Shown in pieces: positions 47,389 through 61,497 of a DNA stretch of 64,000 nucleotides. Under the pieces are notes generated by a model, which saw only the letters and a list, made by a program, of their open reading frames with translations, did not search any database and had not been told where the DNA came from. The DNA is taken from assembly GCF_009914755.1 (NCBI RefSeq), contig NC_060945.1, one strand, 5' to 3'. Numbering within the stretch: the first letter of the stretch is position 1; the number at the start of each line of letters is the position of its first letter. Source of the stretch: the human T2T-CHM13v2.0 reference genome, Homo sapiens. The translations under genes were made by a program, and so were the position numbers.

Positions 47389-50300
47389 CATTTATAATAA
47401 ACTGTACATAAAATATCAATGTACTCAAACTATATATTATGTTCGGTACATAACATATCAAAGTACCCATACTATATAGTATATACTGTACTTAAAATAT
47501 CAAAATACCCAAAATATATATTATATACGTTACATAAATTATCCAATACCCAAAGTATGTATTATATACTGTACTTAAAATAGCAAAGTTCCCAAAATAT
47601 GTATTATATACTGTACATAACAAATGAAAGTACCCAACCATTTATAGTAAACTCTACATAAAATACCAAAGTACCCAAACTGTGTATTATATACTGTCCA
47701 TAAATTATCAAAGTACCCAAAATATATATTGTAAACTGTACATAAAATATCAAAGTAGCCAAAATGTATATTGTATACTGTACATAAAATATAAATGTAC
47801 CCCAAATATATATTATATACTGTACACAAAATATCAAAGTACCCATAATACATATTATATACTGTACATAAAATATCAAAGGACCCAAAATAAACATTAT
47901 ATACTGTACATAAAATATCCAAATACTCAAAATATATATTACATACTGTACATAAAATATCAAAGTACCCAAATTATGTATTATATACTGTACGTAAAAT
48001 ATCAGAGTACCCAAAATATGCATTATATACTGTACATAAAATATGAAAGTAACAAAACATTTATAATAAACTGTACATAAAATATCAAAGTACTAAAACT
48101 ATATATCATATACTGTACATAAAATATCAAAGTACCCAAACTGTGTATTATTATATACTGTCCATAAAATATCAAGGTACCTAAAATATATATTGCATAC
48201 TGTACATAAAATATCAAAGTACCCAAAATATATACTCTATACTGTACATAAAATATGAAGGTACATCAAATATATATTATATCCTGTACATAAAATATCA
48301 AAGTACACCTATTATATATTGTGTACTGTACATAATATATTAAATCACCCAAATATATATTGTACACTGTATATAAAATATGAAGGTACTTCAAATGTAT
48401 ATTATATGCTGCACATAAAATATCAAAGTACCCAAAGTATGCATTACATACTGTACATAAAATATCAAAGTACACAAATTATATATTATATAATGTACAT
48501 AAAATATGAAGGTTCATAAAATATATTTTATATTCTGTACATAATATATCAAAGTACATCAATTATATATTATATACGGTACATAAAATATCAAAGTACC
48601 CAAAATATGTATTATTTACTGTACATAAAATATGAAAGTAACCAAACATTTATAATAAACTGTACATAAAATATCAAAGTACTCAATCTACATATTATAT
48701 ACAGTATATAAAATATCAAAGTACACAAACTGTATATTATATACTGTACGTAATATACCAAAGTACCCAGAATATATAGCATACTGTACATAAAATATCA
48801 AAGTACCCAAAATATATATTGTATACTGTACATAAAATATGAAGGTACATCAAAGATATATTATATTCTGTACATAAAATATCAAAGTACACCAAATATA
48901 TATTATATGCTGTACATAATATATTAAAGTTGCCCATATATACATTATACACTGTACATAAAATATGAACGTACATCAAATATATGGTATATGCTGCACA
49001 TATAATATCAAAGTACCCAAAGTATGTATTATACACTGTACATAAAATATCAAACTACCAAAATTATATATTACATACTGTAAATAAAATATGAAGGTAC
49101 CTCAAATATATATTATATTCTGTACATAAAATATCAAAGTACACCAAGTATATACTATATACTCTGCATAAAATATTAAATTACCCACAATATGTATTGT
49201 ATTGTGTACATAAAATATGAAAGTAACCAAATATTTATAATAAACTGTACATAAAATATCAAAGTACTCAAACTGTATATTATATACTGTACATAAAGTA
49301 TCAAAGTACCCAAACTGTGTAGTATATACTGTACATAAAATGTCAAGGTACGCAAAATATATATTGTAAACTGTAGATAAAATATCAAAGTACCCAAAAT
49401 ATATATTATATACTGTACATAAAATATGAAGGCACATCCAATATATATTATATTCTGTACATAAAATATCAAAGTACACCAAATGTATATTATACACTGT
49501 ACATAAAATATCAAAGTACCCAACGTGTATATTATATACTGTACACAAAATATGAAGGTTCATCAAATATATTTTATATTCTGCACATAATATATCAAAG
49601 TACATCAAATATATATCATATACTGTACATAAAATATCAAAGTACCAAAAATATGTATTATATACTGTACATAAAATATGAAAGTAACCAAACATATATA
49701 ATAAACTGTACATAAAATATCAAAGTACTCGAACTACATATTATATACAGTATATAAAATGTCAAAGTACCCAAACTCTATATTATATACTGTACATAAT
49801 ATATCAAAGTACCCGAATATATAGCATACTGTACATAAAATATCAAATTACCCAAAGTGTGTATTATACACTGCACATAAAATATGAAGGTACATAAAAT
49901 ATATATTGTATTCTGTACATAAAATATCAAAGTACTCCAAATATATATTACATGCTGTACATAATATATTAAAGTTGCCCAAATATATATTATATACTGT
50001 ACATAAAATATGAAGGTACATCAAATATATAGTATATGCTGCACATAAAATATCAAAGTACCCAAAGTATGTATTATATACTGTACATAAAATATCAAAG
50101 TACCCAAAGTATATATTATATACTGTACATAAAATATAAAATACCCCAAATATATATTATATGCTGTACATAAAATATCAAAGTACACAAAATATGTATT
50201 ATGTACTGTGCATAAAATATCAAAGGACCCAAAATATATATTATATACTGTACATAAAATATCAAAATACCCAAAATATATATTATATACCCTACATAAA

Positions 50301-50401
50301 ATACCAAAGTACCCAAAGTATATATTATATACCGTACAAAAAATATCAAAGTAGCCAAAATATGTATTATACACTGTACATAATATATGAAAGTACCCAA
50401 A
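47389..50401 (+). repeat. 72-monomer HOR unit (3,013 bp): blocks of 250+419+589+585+461+709 bp
   Basis: Landmark monomers at 47389, 47639, 48058, 48647, 49232, 49693 and 50402, corresponding to 6+10+14+14+11+17 monomers. Confidence 0.88.
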
Positions 50402-53400
50402 CATTTATAATAAACTGTACATAAAATATCAATGTACTCAAACTATATATTATGTGCGGTACATAAGATATCAAAGTACCCATACTATATAGTATGTACT
50501 GTACTTAAAATATCAAAATACCCAAAATATATATTATATACGTTACATAAACTATCAAATACACAAAGTATGTATTATATACTGTACATAAAATAGCAAA
50601 GTTCCCAAAATATGTATTATATACTGTACATAAAATATGAAAGTACCCAACCATTTATAATAAACTCTATATAAAATACCAAAGTACCCAAACTGTGTAT
50701 TATATACTGTCCATAAAATATCAAAGTACACAAAATATATATTGTCAACTGTACATAAAATATCAAAGTAGCCAAAATATATATAGTATACCGTACATAA
50801 AATATAAAAGTACCCCAAATATATATTATATACTGTACATAAAATATCAAAGTACCGATAATACATATTATATACTGTACATAAAATATCAAAGGACCCA
50901 AAATAAACATTATATACTGTACATAAAATATTCAAATACTCAAAATATATATTACATACTGTACATAAAATATCACACTACCCAAATTATGTATTATATA
51001 CTGTACGTAAAATATCAGAGTACCCAAAATATGCATTATATACTGCACATAAAATATGAAAGTAACAAAACATTTATAATAAACTGTACATAAAATATCA
51101 AAGTACTCAAACTATATATCATATACTGTACATAAAATGTCAAATTACCCAAACTGTGTATTATTATATACTGTATATAAAATATCAAAATACCTGAAAT
51201 ATATATTGCATAGTGTACATAAAATATCAAAGTACCCAAAATATATACTATATACTGTACATAAAATATGAAGGTACATCAAATATATATTACATCCTGT
51301 ACATAAAATAACAAAGTACACCTATTATATATTGTGTACTGTACATAATATATTAAATCGCCCAAATATATATTGTATACTGTATATAAAATATGAAGGT
51401 ACTTCAAATATATATTATATGCTGCACATAAAATATCAAAGTACCCAAAGTATGCATTACATACTGTACATAAAATATCAAAGTACACAAATTATATATT
51501 ATATACTGTACATAAAATATGTAGGTTCATCAAATATATTTTATATTCTGTACATAATATATCAAAGTACATCAAATATATATTATATACGGTACATAAA
51601 ATATCAAAGTACCCAAAATATGTATTATTTACTGTTCATAAAATATGAAAGTAACCAAACATTTATAATAAACTGTACACAAAATATCAAAGTACTCAAT
51701 CTACATATTATATACAGTATATAAAATATCAAAGTACACAAACTGTATATTATATACTGTACATAATATATCAAAGTACCCAGAATATATAGCATACTGT
51801 ACATAAAATATCAAATTACCCAAAATATATATTGTATACTGTACATAAAATATGAAGGTACATCAAAGATATATTATATTGTGTACATAAAATATCAAAG
51901 TACACCAAATATATATTATATGCTGTACATAATATATTAAAGTTGCCCATGTATACATTTTATACTGTACATAAAATATGAAGGTACATCAAATATATAG
52001 TATATGCTGCACATAAAATATCAAAGTACCCAAAGTATGTAATATATACTGTACATAATATATCAAAGTACCAAAAGTATATATTACATACTGTAAATAA
52101 AATATGAAGGTACATCAAATATACATTATATTCTGTACATAAAATATCAAAGTACACCAAATATATACTATATACTGTACATAAAATATTAAATTACCCA
52201 CAATATGTATTTTATTGTGTACATAAAATATGAAAGTAACCAATCATTTATAATAAACTGTACATAAAATATCAAAGTACTCAAACTGTATATTATATAC
52301 TGTACATAAAGTATCAAAGTACCCAAACTGTGTAGTATACACTGTACATAAAATATCAAGGTACCCAAAATATATATTGTAAACTGTAGATACGATATCA
52401 AATTACCCAAAATATATATTATATACTGTACATAAAATATGAAGGCACATCCAGTATATATTATATTCTGTGCATAAAATATCAAAGTACACCAAATGTA
52501 TATTATATACCGTACATAAAATATAAAAGTACCCCAAGTATATATTATATACTCTACATAAAATATGAAAGTACCCAAAATATATATTATATACTGTACA
52601 TAAAATATCAAAGTACCCATAGTATGTATTATATCCTGTACATAAAATATGAAGGTACATCAAATATATATTATATTCTGCACATAAAATATCATATTAC
52701 ACCAAATATATATTATATACTGTACATAAAATATGAAGGTACATCAAATGTATATTATATGCTGCACATAAAATCTCAAAGTCCCCAAAGTTTGTATTAT
52801 ATACTGTACATAAAATATCAAAGTATCCAAAGTGTATATTATATACTGTACATAAAATATGAAGGTACATCCGATACATATTATATTCTGTACATAAAAT
52901 ATCAAAGTACACCAAGTATATATTATATACTGTACATAAAATATTAAATTACCCGAAATATGTATTGTATACTGTACATAAAATATGAAAGTAACCAAAC
53001 ATTTATAATAAACTGTACATAAAATATCAAAGTACTCAAACTGTATATTATATACTGTACATAAAGTATCAAAATACCCAAACTGTGTAGTATATACTGT
53101 ACATAAAATATCAAGGTACCCAAAATATATATTGTAAACTGTAGATAAAATATCAAAATACCCAAAATATATATTATATACTGTACATAAAATATGAAGG
53201 CACATCCAATATATATTATGTTCTGTACATAAAATATCAAAGTACACCAAATGTATATTATATACTGTACATAAAATATAAAAGTACCCCGAATATATAT
53301 TATATACTCTACATAAAATATCAAAGTACCCAAAATATATATTATATACTGTACATAAAATATCAAAGTACCCATAGTATGTATTATATCCTGTACATAA

Positions 53401-54463
53401 AATATGAAGGTACATCAAATATATATTCTATTCTGCACATAAAATATCATATTACACCAAATATATATTGTATACTGTATATAAAATATGAAGGTACTTC
53501 AAATACATATTATATGCTGCACATAAAGTATCAAAGTACCGAAAGTGTGCATTATATGCTGTACATAAAATATCAAAGTACCCAAAGTGTATATTATATA
53601 CTGTACATAAAATGTGAAGGTTCATCAAATATATTTTATATTCTGCACATAATATATCAAAGTACATCAAATATATATTATATACTGTACATAAAATATT
53701 AAAGTACCAAAAATATGTATTATATACTGTACATAAAATATGAAAGTAACCAAACATTTATAATAAACTGTACATAAAGTATCAAAGTACTCAAACTACA
53801 TATTATATACAGTATATAAAATATCAAAGTACCCAAACTGTATATTATATACTGTACATAATATATCAAAGTACCCAAATATATAGCATACTGTACATAA
53901 AATATTAAAGTACCCAAAATATATATTGTATACTGTACATAAAATATGAAGGTACATCAAAGACATATTATATCCTGTACATAAAATATCAAAGTACACC
54001 AAATATATATTATATGCTGTACATAATATATTAAAGTCGACCAAATATATATTATATACTGTACATAAAATATGAAGGTACATCAAATATATATTATATG
54101 CTGCACATAAAATATCAAAGTACCCAAAGTATGTATTATATACTGTACATAAAATATCAAAGTACCCAAAGTATATATTATATACTGTACATAAAATATA
54201 AAATACCCCAAATATATATTATATGCTGTACATAAAATATGAAAGTACACAAAATATGTATTATGTACTGTACATACAATATCAAAGGACCCAAAATATA
54301 TATTATATACTGTACATAAAATATCAAAATATCCAAAATATATATTATATACTGTACATAAAATACCAAAGTACCCAAAGTATATATTATATACCGTACA
54401 AAAAATATCAAAGTAGCCAAAATATGTATTATACACTGTACATAATATATGAAAGTACCCAAA
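50402..54463 (+). repeat. Expanded HOR (4,062 bp) with two consecutive 755-bp E blocks
   Basis: Landmarks at 52245, 53000 and 53755; both intervals start with the E-block signature (AAAGTATC...TGTGTAGTA...CAAGGTACC...GAAGGCACATCC). Confidence 0.83.
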
Positions 54464-57400
54464 CATTTATAATAAACTGTACATAAAATATCAATGTACT
54501 CAAACTATATATTATGTGCGGTACATAACATATCAAATTACCCATACTATATAGTATATACTGTACTTAAAATATCAAAATATCCAAAATATATATTATA
54601 TACGTTACATAAACTATCAAATACACAAAGTATGTATTATATACTGTACATAAAATAGCAAAGTTCCCAAAATATGTATTATATACTGTACATAAAATAT
54701 GAAAGTACCCAACCATTTATAATAAACTCTACATAAAATACCAAAGTACCCAAACTGTGTATTATATACTGTCCATAAAATATCAAAGTACCCAAAATAT
54801 ATATTGTAAACTGTACATAAAATATCAAAGTAGCCAAAATATATATTGTATACTGTACATAAAATATAAAATACCCCAAATATATATTATATACTGTACA
54901 TAAAATATCAAAGTACCCATAATACATATTATATACTGTACATAAAATATCAAAGGACCCAAAATAAATATTATATACTGTACATAAAATATCCAAATAC
55001 TCAAAATATATATTACATACTGTACATAAAATATCAAAGTACCCAAATTATGTATTATATACTGTACGTAAATTATCAGAGTACCCAAAATATGCATTAT
55101 ATACTGTACATAAAATATGAAATTAACAAAACATTTATAATAAACTGTACATAAAATATCAAAGTACTCAAACTATATATCATATACTGTACATAAAATA
55201 TCAAAGTACCCAAACTGTGTATTATTATATACTGTATATAAAATATCACAGTACCTGAAATATATATTGTATACTGTACATAAAATATCAAAGTACCCAA
55301 AATATATACTATATACTGTCCATAAAATATGAAGGTACATCAAATATATATTATATCCTGTACATAAAATATCAAACAACACCTATTGGATATTGTGTAC
55401 TGTACATAATATATTAAATCTCCCAAATATATATTGTATACTGTATATAAAATATGAAGGTACTTCAAATTCATATTACATGCTGCACATAAAATATCAA
55501 ACTACCCAAGGTATGCATTATATACTGTACATAAAATGTCAAAGTACACAAATTATATATTATATACTGTACATAAAATATGAAGGTTCATCAAATATAT
55601 TTTATATTCTGTACATAATATATCAAAGTACATCAAATATATATTATATACGGTACATAAAATATCAAAGTACCAAAAATATGTATTATATACTGTACAT
55701 AAAATATGAAAGTAACCAAACATTTATAATAAATTGTACATAAAATATCAAAGTACTCAAACTACATATTATATACAGTATATAAAATATCAAAGTACCC
55801 AAACTGTATATTATATACTGTACATAATATATCAAAGTACCCGAATATATAGCATACTGTACATAAAATATCAAAGTACCCAAAATATATATTGTATACT
55901 GTACATAAAATATGAAGGTACATCGAAGATATATTATATTGTGTACATAAAATATCAAAGTACACCAAATATATATTATATGCTGTACATAATATATTAA
56001 AGTTGCCCAAATATATATTATATACTGTACATAAAATATGAAGGCACATCAAATATATAGTATATGCTGCACATAAAATATCAAAGTACCCAAAGTATGT
56101 AATATATACTGTACATAACATATCAAAGTACCAAAAGTATATATTACCTACTGTAAATAAAATATGAAGGTACCACAAATATACATTATATTCTGTACAT
56201 AAAATATCAAAGTACACCAAATATATACTATATACTGTACATACAATATTAAATTACCCACAATATGTATTGTATTGTGTACATAAAATATGAAAGTAAC
56301 CAAACATTTATAATAAACTGTACATAAAGTATCAAAGTACCCAAACTGTGTAGTATACACTGTACATTTAATATCAATATTTTATGTACAAATATATATT
56401 GTAAACTGTAGATACAATATCAAATTACCCAAAATATATATTATATACTGTACATAAAATATGAAGGCACATCCAGTATATATTATATTCTGTGCATAAA
56501 ATATCAAAGTACACCAAATGTATATTATATACTGTACATAAAATATAAAAGTACCCCAAGTATATATTATATACTCTACATAAAATATGAAAGTACCCAA
56601 AATATATATTATATACTGTACATAAAATATCAAAGTACCCATAGTATGTATTATATCCTGTACATAAAATATGAAGGTACATCAAATATATATTATATTC
56701 TGCACATAAAATATCATATTACACCAAATATATATTATATACTGTACATAAAATATGAAGGTACATCAAATGTATATTATATGCTGCACATAGAATATCA
56801 AAGTCCCCAAAGTTTGTATTATATACTGTACATAAAATATCAAAGTATCCAAAGTGTATATTATATACTGTACATAAAATATGAAGGTACATCCGATACA
56901 TATTATATTCTGTACATAAAATATCAAAGTACACCAAGTATATATTATATACTGTACATAAAATATTAAATTACCCGAAATATGTATTGTATACTGTACA
57001 TAAAATATGAAAGTAACCAAACATTTATAATAAACTGTACATAAAATATCAAAGTACTCAAACTACATATTATATACAGTATATAAAATATCAAAGTACC
57101 CAAACTGTATATTATATACTGTACATACTATATCAAAGTACCCGAATATATAGCATACTGTACATAAAATATCAAAGTACCCAAAATATATATTGTACAC
57201 TGCACATAAAATATGAAGCTACATCAAAGATATATTATATTCTGTACATAAAATATCAAAGTACACCAAGTATATATTATATGCTGTACATAATATATTA
57301 AAGTCGACCAAATATGTATTACATACTGTACAAAAAATATGAAGGTACATCAAATATATATTATATGCTGCACATAAAATATCAAAGTACCCAAAGTATG

Positions 57401-57730
57401 TATTATATACTGTACATAAAATATCAAAATACCCAAAGTATATATTATATACTATACATACAATATAAAATACCCCAAATATATATTATATGCTGTACAT
57501 AAAATATCAAAGTACACAAAATATGTATTATGTACTGTACATAAAATATCAAAGGACCGAAAATATATATTATATACTGTACATAAAATATCAAAATACC
57601 CAAAATATATACTATATACTGTACATAAAATACCAAAGTACCCAAAGTATATATTATATACCGTACAAAAAATATCAAAGTAGCCAAAGTATGTATTATA
57701 CACTGTACATAATATATGAAAGTACCCAAA
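54464..57730 (+). repeat. Family-X HOR (3,267 bp) lacking one monomer and carrying a micro-inversion
   Basis: ORF ends at 54486 and 57753; the offset to its paralog at 44083-47388 shifts from 10,380 to 10,342 across 56.3-56.4 kb. Confidence 0.83.
56361..56390. other. Imperfect inverted repeat created by an inverted monomer fragment (TGTACATTTAATAT-CA-ATATTTTATGTACA)
   Basis: 56377-56390 ATATTTTATGTACA is the exact reverse complement of the monomer core TGTACATAAAATAT; the two arms pair at 12 of 14 positions. Confidence 0.9.
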
Positions 57731-60700
57731 CATTTATAATAAACTGTACATAAAATATCAATGTACTCAAACTATATATTATGTTCGGTACATAACATAT
57801 CAAAGTGCCCATACTATATAGTATATACTGTACTTAAAATATCAAAATACCCAAAATATATATGATATACGTTACATAAATTATCCAATACCCAAAGTAT
57901 GTATTATATACTGTACTTAAAATAGCAAAGTTCCCAAAATATGTATTATATACTGTACATAACAAATGAAAGTACCCAACCATTTATAGTAAACTCTACA
58001 TAAAATACCAAAGTACCCAAACTGTGTATTATATACTGTCCATAAATTATCAAAGTACCCAAAATATATATTGTAAACTGTACATAAAATATCAAAGTAG
58101 CCAAAATGTATATTGTATACTGTACATAAAATATAAACGTACCCCAAATATATATTATATACTGTACACAAAATATCAAAGTACCCATAATACATATTAT
58201 ATACTGTACATAAAATATCAAAGGACCCAAAATAAACATTATATACTGTACATAAAATATCCAAATACTCAAAATATATATTACATACTGTACATAAAAT
58301 ATCAAAGTACCCAAATTATGTATTATATACTGTACGTAAAATATCAGAGTACCCAAAATATGCATTATATACTGTACATAAAATATGAAAGTAACAAAAC
58401 ATTTATAATAAACTGTACATAAAATATCAAAGTACTAAAACTATATATCATATACTGTACATAAAATATCAAAGTACCCAAACTGTGTATTATTATATAC
58501 TGTACATAAAATATCAAGGTACCTAAAATATATATTGCATACTGTACATAAAATATCAAAGTACCCAAAATATATACTATATACTGTACATAAAATATGA
58601 AGGTACATCAAATATATATTATATCCTGTACATAAAATATCAAAGTACACCTATTATATATTGTGTACTGTACATAATATATTAAATCACCCAAATATAT
58701 ATTGTATACTGTATATAAAATATGAAGGTACTTCAAATATACATTATATGCTGCACATAAAATATCAAAGTACCCAAAGTATGCATTACATACTGTACAT
58801 AAAATATCAAAGTACACAAATTATATATTATATAATGTACATAAAATATGAAGGTTCATAAAATATATTTTATATTCTGTACATAATATATCAAAGTACA
58901 TCAAATATATATTATATACGGTACATAAAATATCAAAGTACCCAAAATATGTATTATTTACTGTTCATAAAATATGAAAGTAACCAAACATTTATAATAA
59001 ACTGTACATAAAATATCAAAGTACTCAATCTACATATTATATACAGTATATAAAATATCAAAGTACACAAATTGTATATTATATACTGTACATAATATAT
59101 CAAAGTACCCGAATATATAGCATACTGTACATAAAATATCAAAGTACCCAAAATATATATTGTATACTGTACATAAAATATGAAGGTACATCGAAGATAT
59201 ATTATATTGTGTACATAAAATATCAAAGTACACCAAATATATATTATATGCTGTACATAATATATTAAAGTTGCCCAAATATATATTATATACTGTACAT
59301 AAAATATGAAGGCACATCAAATATATAGTATATGCTGCACATAAAATATCAAAGTACCCAAAGTATGTAATATATACTGTACATAACATATCAAAGTACC
59401 AAAAGTATATATTACCTACTGTAAATAAAATATGAAGGTACCACAAATATACATTATATTCTTTACATAAAATATCAAAGTACACCAAATATATACTATA
59501 TACTGTACATTCAATATTAAATTACCCACAATATGTATTGTATTGTGTACATAAAATATGAAAGTAACCAAACATTTATAATAAACTGTACATAAAATAT
59601 CAAAGTACTCAAACTGTATATTATATACTGTACATAAAGTATCAAAGTACCCAAACTGTGTAGTATACACTGTACATAAAATATCAAGGTACCCAAAATA
59701 TATATTGTAAACTGTAGATACGATATCAAATTACCCAAAATATATATTATATACTGTACATAAAATATGAAGGCACATCCAGTATATATTATATTCTGTA
59801 CATAAAATATCAAAGTACACCAAATGTATATTATATACCGTACATAAAATATAAAAGTACCCCAAGTATATATTATATACTCTACATAAAATATGAAAGT
59901 ACCCAAAATATATATTATATACTGTACATAAAATATCAAAGTACCCATAGTATGTATTATATCCTGTACATAAAATATGAAGGTACATCAAATATATATT
60001 ATATTCTGCACATAAAATATCATATTACACCAAATATATATTATATACTGTACATAAAATATGAAGGTACATCAAATGTATATTATATGCTGCACATAAA
60101 ATATCAAAGTCCCCAAAGTTTGTATTATATACTGTACATAAAATATCAAAGTATCCAAAGTGTATATTATATACTGTACATAAAATATGAAGGTACATCC
60201 GATACATATTATATTCTGTACATAAAATATCAAAGTACACCAAGTATATATTATATACTGTACATAAAATATTAAATTACCCAAAATATGTATTGTATAC
60301 TGTACATAAAATATGAAAGTAACCAAACATTTATAATAAACTGTACATAAAATATCAAAGTACTCAAACTGTATATTATATACTGTACATAATGTATCAA
60401 AGTACCAAAACTGTGTAGTATATACTGTACATAAAATATCAAGGTACCCAAAATATATATTGTAAACTGTAGATAAAATATCAAAGTACCCAAAATATAT
60501 ATTATATACTGTACATAAAATATGAAGGCACATCCAATATATATTATATTCTGTACATAAAATATCAAAGTACACCAAATGTATATTATATACTGTACAT
60601 AAAATATCAAAGTACCCAACGTGTATATTATATACTGTACACAAAATATGAAGGTTCATCAAATATATTTTATATTCTGCACATAATATATCAAAGTACA

Positions 60701-61497
60701 TCAAATATATATTATATACTGTACATAAAATATCAAAGTACCAAAAATATGTATTATATACTGTACATAAAATATGAAAGTAACCAAACATATATAATAA
60801 ACTGTACATAAAATATCAAAGTACTCAAACTACATATTATATACAGTATATAAAATGTCAAAGTACCCAAACTCTATATTATATACTGTACATAATATAT
60901 CAAAGTACCCGAATATATAGCATACCGTACATAAAATATCAAAGTACCCAAAGTGTGCATTATACACTGCACATAAAATATGAAGGTACATAAAATATAT
61001 ATTGTATTCTGTACATAAAATATCAAAGTACTCCAAATATATATTATATGCTGTACATAATATATTAAAGTTGCCCAAATATATATTATATACTGTACAT
61101 AAAATATGAAGGTAAATCAAATATATAGTATATGCTGCACATAAAATATCAAAGTACCCAAAGTATGTATTATATACTGTACATAAAATATCAAAGTACC
61201 CAAAGTATATATTATATACTGTACATAAAATATAAAATACCCCAAATATATATTATATGCTGTACATAAAATATCAAACTACACAAAATATTTATTATAT
61301 ACTGTACATAAAATACCAAAGGACCCAAAATATATATTATATACTGTACATAAAATATCAAAATACCCAAAATATATATTATATACTGTACATAAAATAC
61401 CAAAGTACCCAAAGTATATATTATATACCGTACAAAAAATATCAAATTAGCCAAAATATGTATTATACACTGTATATAATATATGAAAGTACCCAAA
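57731..61497 (+). repeat. Expanded HOR (3,767 bp) with a long E block (755 bp) followed by a short E block (461 bp)
   Basis: Landmarks at 59573, 60328 and 60789; ORF ends at 57753 and 61520. Confidence 0.83.

Noticed and set aside
56361-56390. Hairpin as a terminator, miRNA precursor or transposon terminal inverted repeat
   Set aside because: It is too short and AT-rich, derives entirely from monomer sequence, and has no target-site duplication or internal element.
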